In this document: piece after piece, positions 12,513-25,222 of the stretch
How positions within the stretch are numbered: position 1 is the first letter of the stretch
How the letters are laid out: every line of letters begins with the position of its first letter
From: Marsupella aquatica
Taxonomy: Eukaryota > Plantae > Marchantiophyta
Reading direction: 5' to 3'
Assembly: GCA_973895155.1 (NCBI GenBank)
Contig: OZ316894.1
Span: forward strand, 1,216,953 to 1,280,952
Length of the DNA: 64,000 nt
The notes under the pieces: generated by a model
Told to the model about the DNA's origin: nothing
Seen by the model: the letters and a program-made list of their open reading frames with translations, nothing else
Database searches by the model: none
Made by a program: the position numbers and the translations under genes

Positions 12513-14896
12513 TTCTGCAACTTTGTGATGACCAAATGATCTGCCCCTTCAACATATCAGATTGTGCTCTCTACTGAACTCGAAGTGAGTCACATTCTCC
12601 ACGACGTGCATATATATGTGGATGCCTTCGGTCAAAGTCTCACGATTAAAGTCTTGAAGGCTTTTGGAGTTCCAGCAACGGAGAATCCGGGTGGAGATGA
12701 AAATTGTTCTTGTACGAAGAGTAAAGCCAAAAAGAATCTGAGCACAGATGGATACGACTGGGATTCTCCCGTCATCATTAATCCTTGTCTAGCATTGAAA
12801 GATTCCAAGTGACAGGTGGATGTTGACAAGATGAGTGTATATGAGCAAATCACCTTTGGTAAATTCAGTCACGGGAAATTCAAATACTCCGACAGCATTC
12901 TGGCTTTGGCAGGGTCATGTCCACTTTCATATCCGACGAGCGTTGTTCACAGAGAATAGTTATGCAGACTAAAGCACGGGACGAACGGTTGAGATCTGCA
13001 ATGACGACCAGCATGAAGGTTTAGAGTTGGTCGGAGTTGAATCGTACCTTGGAGCCCTGGCAATCCAAGGGAGTCTCATGATTACATCTGCTTCGGAGAC
13101 GAGTTCACTGTACTTAACAGATTAGTTGCTAGTTAGCAGCTCTCTTCCACAGATTCTAAGGACGTGCACTGAGGACTAGATGCTTTTTTATGTCTTGCTT
13201 GGTCTACTCACAACTCAAACGAGGATCTTGTCTGTTGACTTTGGATGCTTCACCGTTGGATGACCACGGAACCTTTTCTCCGGCAAAGCAGAGGACAGGG
13301 TGGATGTCTTGAATTGAAACTAGTCACTAATTATATTTCATCTTAGTTTTATGTTATTTCTGAGAAGTCAGTTTAGTCTCTTTCAACTCTACGTGATTCG
13401 GGAATTATTTGAGCCTTACAAGCTTTTAGCGTGACGGCCATACAAGGGATTATGGAAGGGCTTGCTTGTTCTTGCGTAACAAGACATTTACCTTTCAGAA
13501 GTAGAGATGCTACAGTTTCGTGTGGAAGCCACGTCGGTTTTCGAATCCTGCCCACGTGGGTTTGGAGACAAGGGATGCCTAGTCTAGACACCGCTGCTGA
13601 CAGCCGTCATGCTTTTGGAAACTCTGAATCAGAGGTCGAGTTTGTAGCATCGAACGATTGTGTGTAACCTTGTCTGTTGTCGAACTTTGGTTCACGTGGA
13701 AGAAGCAAACGTGAGGGTGCCAACCGGATAGATCGGAGGATTCAGCCAGTAGTGAAGAAATTCGTAACCAGGCCCTCAACGAAATGACTGGTAATTGAAT
13801 CCACGAGCAAGCTCGAAACCTGCTGAGGCTGTGCATCAAACTCTACGGGACTGTTGACAGGGAATTTCTATTCCTACATATACTCATGCAGATGGCTAGC
13901 ACTCATGAAACTCAAGGTGGAGTCTTTCCCTCTTCCGTTGGATAGCTCGGAACCTTCCACATATGGTCAACCCGTGAAACAACGGTCCTCATGTTGCTGC
14001 TTGCTTTTCTCATCACAGATTTTGAATGAGCTTGATTTCAGTGAGTGGAGAATGTGTGGTGAGTGACTGGCCAATGAACTGCAAAAGGATAAGGATTTGG
14101 TGCTCAGGATAGGCCCTGCCCTGAAAGGGTCGGAGAAATCTACCCAAAGACCGTCTGAGCCTGCACAGTGCATATTGAAGTAGAGCTTTATTATATTGCA
14201 AGCTTCTAGTCCATGCTTTCTTGACAGCGTTCTCGATAGTGGCAATGAAGTCGTCCTTGGACCAACAGTCCTCAACGTCCTCTGCAGACATCCTTGAACC
14301 TTGAACCCAGGTCTACGGAATTGAATGTCTGAAGTACAAATCACTTTCACTATTTCTTCAACATCACCAATATCTCCTCATCATTGTCTTGCCAGTGGCA
14401 TCTGCAATACATTTCTCCAGGTCAATTTCTTCTCCATAGGCAATGACTTCTCAATTTCCTTCCTTGTTGTCCTCGCTTCCATATATCTCTCCCGGAGTAG
14501 AAAGGAAGAAAGACTCAGGTCACCAAACAAAATGCATCCGTCCCCAAATTACATAACTCATAAAATAAGTTCAATTGTCCCTCTGCAATGGCTCCCTCAT
14601 GAAGTGAAAAAGGCAAGATAACTAATCAAAGAATTGACGACAATTAGGTGACACTATGAAATCATTCACGTGAGAATTGAAAATTGGGAAATGACAATCA
14701 ATTGGGGAAAAAACTCATGACCCTGGTTCTTCAAAGACATAAAAAAGAATTGGCTCACATCACCTCAGAAATCTCCAGTCCCCAACACTTCAAACCCTAC
14801 TTGCCAAATTGATCTGTGTGGATAATGGAGCATATTCTGATGATCACCTGAAGACATTTGAAAACATCTGAAAACCCATAACGTTCCAGTGTGTGG

Positions 14897-15030
14897 GTTG
14901 GACCTCACTTTGTGCATTTTCTTTACTCAGTTTGGTAAATACCCCATTACAGTAACAAAACCTGGTTGGACCTCACTTTTTGCACTTTATTTACTCGGTT
15001 TGGTAAACACCCGGTTACAGTAAAAACCCT
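14897..15030. repeat. Tandem duplication of about 67 bp
   Basis: GGTTGGACCTCACTTT...TTTACTC(A/G)GTTTGGTAAA...TTACAGTAA occurs twice. Confidence 0.85.
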
Positions 15031-15205
15031 GTTGGGTTGAAGATGCTCTTATGGCTCTTTGGTCTCTGAGCCCATATCATGACTTCCTCTTCTCCCTAAC
15101 CCGCCCCACCTTGCAATGTCCATATACAATGGCAAACACTTGTAAAACTGCAACTCCCATACAATCCCCACACCTCTGTTTGGGTCCCACAAAGAGATTA
15201 GAACC

Positions 15206-15842
15206 TTGGGACCTAGTGAAGTTGGTGATCAAGGTCCCACTAAGTAAATAAACTCTTCAAGTTGACTATGTTGTGGGATCACTACTATGCATGCACAGGC
15301 TTATATATTATATTCAAATCCAAGCGATGATAGAGATGAAGCAAAGAACTAGGCAAACACTCGCAACCTAGTTAAGTGAGGGATCCTCCTTTATGGTCCC
15401 ACTAAGTAAAAAAAAAACTCTTCAAGTTGACTATGTTGTGGTATCAGTACTATGCATGCACAGGCTTATATACCCTATTCGAATCCAAGCAATGACAGAG
15501 ATGAAGCAAAGAACTAGGGGAACCCTTGGGACCTCGTTAAGTTGGTGATCCTCGTTTATGGTCCCACTCAGTAAATAACTAATCAAGTTGACTATGTTGT
15601 AGATTCACTACTATGCATGCACAGACTATATTTTATTCAATCAATTCCAAGCAATGATAGAGATGAAGCGAAGAAAGAGCCATTCTACCACTCGGGACCT
15701 CGTTAAGTTGGTGATCCTCGTTTATGGTCCCACTCAGCAAATAACTCTTCAAGTTGACTATGTTGTGGTTCACTACTATGCATGCACAGACCACATATAT
15801 AATATTCAAATCCAAGCAATGATAGAGATGAAAGCAAAGACA
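15206..15842. repeat. Tandem repeat, 4 units of about 160-167 bp
   Basis: GGTCCCACT...TCAAGTTGACTATGTTGT...TACTATGCATGCACAG...ATCCAAGCAATGATAGAGATGAAGC occurs four times. Confidence 0.92.
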
Positions 15843-18000
15843 CAGTCGTTGTGCTGAGTTGGCCTGAGCATTTAGTCCCACTATTTCCTGTTCAACAACC
15901 GTATTGAAGTTCCAAATGATAATTTTATCACACTACAGGACAAAGTGACACTCCACAATATAATAACAATCCAATATGTAGAATAATAGTATTTTTTTAA
16001 TCTGAAGGAGGCCCCTGATGGACCATGTTTTACAAAACAGCTCTGATGGACCGCTATAACCAGGATGGACCAATTTAGATACTCTTTGAACTCCAAAAGC
16101 ATCCATCCTTTGTATAAAATACGTATAGATAACAAGAAATTGCATCCATTGTTAACTGAACATGTTTGAAATTTCGGTTTGGGTCGCAAACGTCTATTTG
16201 GGCATTTTGAATGACGTCTAGATGTTACTGAAAACATTTTCTCTGGTGACACATTTGAAATTTGTTTATCCATATAATTAACTACAGTAGTAATATATGC
16301 TGAAGTTGAAGTATGACATCAAGACTGATGATTTTAGCAGATGTCAAGTGAATTTAGTGTCAGGCTCGTGTGAATCTAGCCTTACTCATTTTTTATGAGG
16401 CAGAAATTGACTATTAACGTTCCAAACGGAGTTATTAGTGCCCTATGATTATTCTCATTCTCAGAGCAGTATCAATGTCCTCGAGAGGCGCAATGATTTG
16501 CCTCGATAGTAGACGAGGTGATCCCGTTAGTACCGGTGAAGAGCAGAGCATGTAAATCAATTCAGGTCTGTTCGAAGTAAACACTGTTTCCCATTAAGGG
16601 AATGAAGAAGATGGATTATTGTACGTCATAAACTTGATGAATCACTTGTACCTAATCCTAATTACTGTAGGGACCACTAAAAGTATCATTTTTCCTTTTC
16701 GAGTTATAGAATGATAATTATAGTTGTAAATAATTTCAAATTTTGTTTAGTTTAGAATTTAAAATATCTTATAAACTGATAAATCAGTGTTTTACATCAA
16801 AAGGTGTGAAATATAACTAGAATATCCAGCCTAAAATTTCTGAAGGATGGAGTATTTCAATAATTAGCTAGTTTTTGAGCTAAAGTAGTATTTTTCTGGG
16901 TGTGCAAATAACAAATAGTGGAAAACAATTGGCCAAGTTCTAGACACACTAGACTGAAAAACTTTTTGTTATTTGTCTCTATGTGATATGTAATTGTCAC
17001 CAAAACAGTGTGATCTGTTGAATTAGGTAGCAAACATATTCTGGCTAAGAACAACAACAAAAAAAGACTTCAAAAAGTCTACTTAGAAGATCTTGAGCCC
17101 TTTACAGCCTTGTGCCGTACAGCATGCATTTTGGCAAGGTTGGTTGCCCATCACTAAAAATTAGCCACTCCTGTAGTTTTGCATTTCTCAAGTCAGTCTG
17201 TACTGTTGCACTTGTAGATGCATGGTTACATTCATTTCAAAGCTCTGGAACCCTTTGTACATTTATATCCAAGTGGCACTCAAAGGTGAATTGCATCGGT
17301 TGCCACAAGGAATACTGGGATCACTTTGACGAAGAAAGTGGAGCTTGAGCCTTCACAAAAACTCTGCTGCACAAATTGGAAATTTCATTTGGAACTGGAC
17401 ACTCTACAAGGGGCTTAACGCAATATCCCTTGAAGATCCAGGGTGACTCATGCTGAGCATTTAGTCAGTCTATTTGTTTGGAGATGAAATGGAAAGAATT
17501 TTTGGCAGGTGATATCTTACTCAAAGCGACCCAACAAGACTGCACCACCGTCTCTTTAGAGATCCCAGTAAGGTGGGGAAGGAAAACTATCTGATTGCCA
17601 TTGAGCCGCAAAGTCTGGCAGATGCCGATTGTGAAATTGGCTCCATTGGAGATGCTCTCATAAAACTTTTGTGGGGTGGAATTAAAATGGACACTTAGGA
17701 AAGTATTGAAACAAGAAGACTTATTAGGTTGGGCTATGGAGAATCCCAAACCAAGTTACAACTAAGGTTACTACGGTGGCTGAAAATCAAATGGTAACAA
17801 AAGCAAAGGTAAGCCATTTGAGATGATTGCTCTGATGAATGAACACATAAATAAATGAATGGAATAGTGAATGAATGAATAATCGTGTCAACACGAAAAT
17901 CGGGGGTTCTGCTTTCCAGCAGCCGCAAACACGTGCGAAGGATCTAGTCCTGTAGATGATGTGAACAGCCAGCCCACATGGAACTTTCCCCTGCTCCGTT

Positions 18001-18058
18001 GGGCGGACGGGCCACGGGCTACGGGCCACGGGCTACGGGCCACGGACGGACGGGCCCC
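18001..18058. repeat. GC-rich heptamer repeat ACGGGC(C/T), alternating variants
   Basis: ACGGGCC ACGGGCT ACGGGCC ACGGGCT ACGGGCC seen directly. Confidence 0.85.
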
Positions 18059-20120
18059 ACCGAAATTCACGATTTTGATTTTGACCGAAAGCTTTGGGAA
18101 CTGGCCGGCGACCCTGCCCGTAGAGCTGCCCGAATGTCTGCTGTACTACTGTCGAGTGTATATTAGTAGTAGTGCAGTGCTGCCTGCCCGGCAGGCCTGA
18201 GCTTCTTCTGTTACTCCGCTGCCCGCCAGACTAGGCCCGAATGTCTGCTGCCCCCTGCCCTCATTGTGCTCGGGCGTGATGGGCCTTGCAGGGCAGCGTG
18301 TGAAAGGGCAGGGCCGCGATGGGTAACCGGACCAACCGGTAGGCGAGGCACTGCCCGCACAGCCAGCGGTGGGTGCCAAGAGGGACTATGGGTTTAATAA
18401 TATTCCCAAAAGGGGTTTAAAGCCATGAGTCAAGGCAAGTAAGTGTATGTTGGGTTGGCTAAGAGACTAAGAGCACACTCACTGGTCAGCTATCATGCCA
18501 GGCTGGAAGTGAGTATAGTGGGACCAGCCCAGTTTTCCCCGTTGTGCCCTAGTCTGCGACCGCAGAGGCATGGCCCGAAAGTTTTACTCCTGAGGCCGGT
18601 AGTCCTGCAATCAACAAGCTGATGCAACTCAGCCTGCCAAGGCCGAATGGTGACTGTGATTGCCGTCTCAATTTCAATCAAATGTCTCTGCAGCTGCTCT
18701 AGCAAGTGCACTCAAGGTTTCAACTTCAAGTAATAGGTATGGGTTGTGTGAAAGGTAGGATGGGTGGAGAAGAAAATTAGACTCTTCACCAGGTCGCTAA
18801 ACCCCCAATGGCTGTGTTGTTTGGTGTGCACCAGTGGGAGTGCTTCAACAAGAGGTGTCTTGCAAGTAGCAGGCCCTTTAATTTGGGGCCTTAAATTGGT
18901 CTGGGAGTGTATTAGCGCAGAAGAAGTTTGTCTCTGAACCACCTCAATAAGCCAAACTCAATGGCTTGATGAGCCAAAGTCCCAGTGAAAAGGTCCACAA
19001 AAGTTCCAGCCCTTAAAATCTTGTTTGACATTCGAAAATACTTTTAGAACGCATACAGCAGCAGCCACAATTGTCACTGTCTGCCCCAGTCACACATACA
19101 GGAAGCAACCCCAAAACCTTAACTCTTTCTGAACAATTTACGGGGACTTAAGGGATGCAAATGTAAGGTCTGGCGGTAACAGGGCGTGTCAAAGCAAAAT
19201 GGCTCAGGATATAAAATGTTGTGGCCAAGACAATATCACTATGGGTTACCAAAATAAGTACCCCACAAGAATGATATGTACAAAACAACAAAGTAGTAAC
19301 ACTTCAGTTATGAGAGAACTTTGATATGCACTAATATATGGACAGCGTACTACACGGCAAGTGCCCAGGAACTACAAAGCAAGTGCCAACAAATTGAATA
19401 GACTTTGCATATCACGATAAACCCAAGTGCCTTTTTATATGACTAACAGGTATCCTTCTTTATATCCGACTATCATTTTCAATGTGCAGTGAGTCAGGGG
19501 CAGGGCAGGGCAGAGCAGATCAGGGCAGGGCAGGGGGTAGTCAGTCAGTGTACAGTGGCTGATGAAGTTGCAGGTGTGCCAGCCATCATTCCTTCATTCC
19601 ACGTTACATAGCGACTACGGTACATGGAAGATTGGAACGGGCACAATGATGATGCGTAAATTGACACATATATAAAAGACATGCATGCATGTGGTACAAC
19701 ACAAGGCCGGGCCCTCCTGACCTGACCATAATCCTGCCTGCTGCCCTCTGCCCTGCCCTGGCTTGGCCTGCCCCCCACTGCTCCCTCCGGGCGGGCACAG
19801 AGGGGCTCTGCCTCAAAATCCCTGGAATAAAGAAGGTGGCTGACGATACCACCTTTAATGCTCGCTGCCCCTACCGTAGTGCAAAATAATCAGGCCTGCC
19901 TGCCTGCCCGCCAGCCTGCCTGCCTGTGATTGCTGGTCCCAAGTAATTTATGATCCCCGGGCACGCAAGGTTTTGAATGTGTTGACCAAATCTACGGCAC
20001 ACTTTGAAAACATTCGAACCCCCCCCCGGGCAGCATCCCAAACCATTCCGCTGGTACATGGATCCCAAACTTTTAGTGTGCTCCAGAGAATTACTACAGG
20101 GTATTATCTGCCGTACGAGT

Positions 20121-20792
20121 CTCCTCAGTTACCACCACGGTGAGTTCGAACGAAGAAGATACCTTTCGCCCCGATGACGTGATTTGTCAGTGTTTGGCAC
20201 AGTCGCCGCACCTTTCGTGATTTCTCGAGTTCTTGTTACGATATACTAACTTTTTGGGGGGGCATGGAAGTTTTTAACTTACATGGTACCTTTGAAAACA
20301 TGACTGGCCCAATTATGAGCTTGGATAGCACCTTCATCCCAAATGTTTGGCTTGAATGAGGTTTCTAAGACGGGATGAACCTCTGCAATTCTGGTTTGGA
20401 TGACATGAATGTGAAATAAAACTGCTTGCCTTTCATTAATAGAGAATTTGAGATCAGGTCTGAGTTCAAATGAAGCAACCACTTCGAGGGAACAAAAAGG
20501 GACCCATCTTAGTACAGAGACATAATTTCTTTTATTGTGTTATGAGGGAAGTAATGGCTCAGATGGGCCACTGACTCCCTTGAACCTTGCATATCCAAAT
20601 CATCAGATAACTGTTGACCAGAAAAGTAGCGATTCTTTTACAAAGAAAAAAAGCTGTTTGATTACACTAAAGGTTTGTTCAAGGGCCCATCTGTGTTGCG
20701 CTGGTCAATCCGGACATTTTGTCAAATGGTCTGGTCCATGGGGGCTCAGTTTCAGTTCTTCGTTCGAACCCGCTGTGGTGGTAACTGAGGAG
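20121..20792. mobile_element. Non-autonomous DNA transposon with ~37-bp TIRs
   Basis: CTCCTCAGTTACCACCACGGTGAGTTCGAACGAAGAA (20121-20157) is the reverse complement of 20756-20792 with 3 mismatches. No clear TSD. Confidence 0.75.
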
Positions 20793-23700
20793 TCTCCTCA
20801 GTTACCGTCCAAGGTGGGTTCAAACTAAGTTATGACAAGAGGAAACTCCATTGTCTCTCCTTTATATCCTTTTTTTCAGTTTAAGTACTTCATTACCATT
20901 TCACTCACTGTGGTCAAGCAAACTAACTATAGTTTGCTTGAACCATTATGACAGTCAACACCTGGCCAAGTTTTCCTACTGGATGGTAGTCCATGTCCTC
21001 TACCCTAACCACATCAACCTTTCCAACCTTTGGCATTGAGTTGGGTCCCTTGCTTTGCTCCTGCTTTGGCTGGCTGGCTGGCTGAGTTCCCTGTCCAGGA
21101 TGAGAGAGGATGTTGGGGTTAATCTGAGCGTCGTGATGACCATCTAGTGATGAAAAATTCACAAGATGTTCACAGATTGATCATCCAAAATCATCACTGG
21201 CCATATGATTTTGGAAAAATACTAAAAATGGTGTAACTACATTTCTGTCATGGCATGGGCGCTTTAAATAACAATGGAAAAAGCTAATTTTTAATCATTA
21301 AACAGAGAAGACCAAAATACGTAAAATATGTAATTCTCAGTATAGAGAGATGCACAAACATTAGAGAGAGATTAGAACATATTTTGTCTTGTCTGTCTGA
21401 ATCTTGTCATTCTTATGTCGTTTGTTCATCATGGCCATTATTACTGCTAGCTCTAGTCAAGATGCTGAGTTATAGAGTGTGAGCTGTTGGTCAAGTGGAC
21501 GAGTGCTAACTATTGAGCACATTGTTATGAATTAATACCGTGGTAAGGTATGCCCACCTCTATTATTTAATATCGTGCTGAAATCGCCGTTATGTTTCTC
21601 CATTTCCTTCAATTTGCTTCGTCCTTCCCTCTCTACAATTACTACTGACTTTATTGCTTGCTTTTTCATCATGGTCTTTTTTGGGCTCTTCTTGGTGGGC
21701 TCCTCAATGGCTGTCACCAGGGTAATTTAAAGATTTATTTTTAAGCCAGGGTGTCAAATGTCAGCTTGTGTGAAAGAGAAGATGCTCAACATGTTCGTTA
21801 TAGAATTTCATAGATTGTTGTCCCCCTTAGATCTCCCTATATGTAAGGATAACAGGTGGGTCCGTGGTTAATGGGCTCCGTGAAGTGGCTAATCAAAGAA
21901 AAAAAAACTGTGGAAATATGCCAAAAACTGATGGCATCCACCTTCCCCTTGGGACTTACATAACTTATTCATTCAAATACTTTGGAAAAGTAGAGGTACT
22001 TTGGGTACTATTCCATCAGCCCTCCAGCAGGCCCTCATCCTCAAAGGCTGTCATCCGCATTTGTGTTTGAGGGTGAGCTTAACATTTATCCATCGGGCCC
22101 TCAAGTGACACTGATGTGACCAAGGTGACGGCGGACTGGAACGAAGTAAGAGTGAACCGGGAGTGTTGCTACAATTTTGGCAAGCTTTTTCTGTTTGGAG
22201 AGGGGAACTACTGACAATTCTTGTGTTTGTTCATTTGAATGAATTTCCCATGAAGAAAATGGTCACATCTCACATTTTGTGAGACCAGACTCCAAATGAG
22301 CTTCAATTTATTCAAAATTTCGAGCAGTTTTCAGTCCCTCCTTCAATGTTGTGCACATGTCCAAATGATGATTGGTGGAGCGGAATAGTAAATATAGGTG
22401 TCCAAAACAACCAACCAACCTGCTTCACTATCGAGTGAAGTGTGGTATGATTTTCAAAGCAAGAATCAGTGCTAGACTTTTCAGATGTCATAGAAAGTGG
22501 TCTACAATTGACATCAATCCATTCATCCCGCATGTTCCAAGTGGATGCATGCCCAGAGCTTTACTTGGGGATTCAAACACAGAAGCCTTGGACTGGAGAT
22601 CGATCCCCCGATTGATATGGTCAATATGTTTCAAAACTTTATCCATTCAGAAAGCTAGCCAGCCAGTCAAGGTCTTCATTGCAGCCAGCCAAGCAGCAGT
22701 GGCCACCCGGATCACAATCACAATTCTGGATTTGCCAAAGCAACACTTTACTCAAATTAAACTAAACTGTCCTTCTATCCATAAAACAAAGAAATGATGG
22801 CATCAGTCAAATACCAAGCTTGCCCCAACATGGTCACGGGACCCCGATTTGCACTATCATCGGCAGATAGTTCAGGATTTGTCACTGTAACTTGCTCAAG
22901 GCCAGTGTAAATGCTGTCATCGATACTGACTGAAAAACGGCAACTGTACGTCAGAAGTCATGTTAACCAATTGAACAAGTCTAGATGAGGACCATGAAAG
23001 CAGAGTGGAAGGCCCGGCAAGCCTTCCGCCCTGAAGTTGAACTCAAGGGCCACCCTGCCAAGAAGTACGTAGAATTTGAAGGTCGTCACCATCGGCCAGC
23101 GTTGAGGGCTGATGGAGTAGTGCTCTTAGTGCAAATTTGTTCTCTTTTTTTCTTGGAGAGGAGAGAACTCTGAAGTTGAAGTTGCTGTGAACAGTTTAGC
23201 ATTGTCAATCTCTGGAGGTCCCTTGCAATTAATTTAGTTCCAATCAAGAATGAGTTGGGTGAATGCATCAATGCTGACTACCAAAGCAATTTTCTCTTAA
23301 ATATGTATAGAAGAAATCATTAGAGCATCCCCACCTGTTGCTTGGATGCCTGGAGGACAGTGTCTTTAGCAAGAGGTACTCACCCCATGATTCTTTTTCT
23401 ATCCCACTGGACTGTGACAATCTATTATCTTACACTGGGGCTTGAGGCTCACCAGAAGGGGCTCCTGCACTTCAGAACTGGTGAGTTGGGGATGCAGTAG
23501 TGGCCCCGCCCAACGCTTACCAAACCACAGGGACCATACCCATTGTCCCATCTCAATGCACCTGGATGGCCATGACAAAACTGGAACTGGCAGAAGTTAC
23601 ATGTGATGGACTGCACCATTGTAGCACCTGCATCCAATTTGGGTGTGCCTTCAATCCAAATCCAATGTGGATTGATGTACAGTAAGCGCCCAAATTGCAC

Positions 23701-24907
23701 CCATCACTCACCTTGCCCAAATTTGCACCCATCACTCACCTTGCCAAAGAGACTGATACAGGTACTAAATAGCATGACCCATGGGGATCCTTTTAGTGCC
23801 GAAGTAAAATTGAATAGCAACAAATAATTTAGCAGGAACAACACAGTGGAGCAGACATTACAAATTCCTCAGAATCCACCTCAATGTACTTGAACAAAAA
23901 TAATTGCAAAAGTTACCTTCTCTGTCCTTTGTCTCGATGGCCACTGCTTCCCAGTTTTATTATTATGGTTTGGAGTTGAGTCCACCTGGTTGAATTGTTT
24001 TTTTCACTGGTCAGATGTAGTAAAGCTTACAAAATGAAAGAGGGTAAGTAGGGATTCATACACTCAGGTTCTTCCATTCTTTTGTTCATGTGATTCCCGT
24101 CTTAAAAAAAAGGTAACCAAAACTTCTGAGCAGATGAAGGGGCCAGCCCACAAAAAAGGGGTGCATTGCCCCACCAGGAAGTTAATTCATTTTTTAAAAT
24201 GTAGACATACTGCCTGGTCATGGTCTACAGGGTTAGGCATTTGGGTAAAAGTATATGTAGTATTGGTCAGGGGGAGTACTCCAAGATTTCTTTCATAGAG
24301 TGGTGGTGGCTAGAGACTACTTGAAAAGTTATTCTTTTCTCTTGGTATTTTCCCAAATTTCAGCCACAAGTTTTCATATAAAGTCTCTCGTAAACCAGTA
24401 ATACTCACTTTCACCCACACTAACATGGTCAAAAGCTGATACTGCTGTCCCTTCGGGTCTATGAAGCCTTTTTCAATAGATTGGGTCCCATCAAGCCCCA
24501 AGATTGCCTTTTGGGGCCCATCAAATCTTTCCAAGGAATTTTTTCCCCTTTTCTTAACAACCTCTTTTAAAAAACTGATTCCAAGGAATATCTTTGTTCT
24601 CCTATTTCAAAAATCATAAGAAGAGGAGTATGGAATGTCCTTAAGCAGAATCTAGTAAAAGTAATAACATCAATGGAATCGTTCAGAAAACTACTCAACC
24701 AGTAAGCATTTTTTTGGGGCGAAACTATCAATTTATTAAAAAAGGCCAAACAAAGTACAATGGAGAATATGTAAAAGAGGTCACGAGAATGCAAATCTCA
24801 AAAACCTAGAAAGAAGGAAAAAACAAGGAATAAAGACCTACCATTCCAACAGTGTGATGATGTAATGATGCATATCTAGTGCCCTAACTAAGTCTGCAAG
24901 TGGGACA

Positions 24908-25222
24908 TGAATGTCCTCTAATGGGTCAAACCTCTGCTGAGGTGCACTAGTTCCCACTGCTAGAGCTCTATGATGGATGGCTTTGGGCTTGAGTATGGTA
25001 TAATATCACCAGAATCCACTATTGGAGTGAGTTATTATAGGATAGTGGTAGTCTAGTGGAACCGTGAATGTCCTCTAATGGGTCAAACCTCTACTGAGGT
25101 GCACTAGTTTCCACTGCTAGAGATTTATGATGGATGGCTTGGTCTTGAGCATGGTATAATATCACCAGAATCTGCTATTGGGAGTGAGTTATTATAATGG
25201 ATAGTGGTAGTCTAGTGGAACC
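24908..25222. repeat. Tandem duplication of about 157 bp
   Basis: TGAATGTCCTCTAATGGGTCAAACCTCT...GATAGTGGTAGTCTAGTGGAACC occurs twice at high identity. Confidence 0.92.

Noticed and set aside
20020-20040. tRNA B-box-like GGTTCGAAT on the minus strand
   Set aside because: No A-box or cloverleaf stems surround it.
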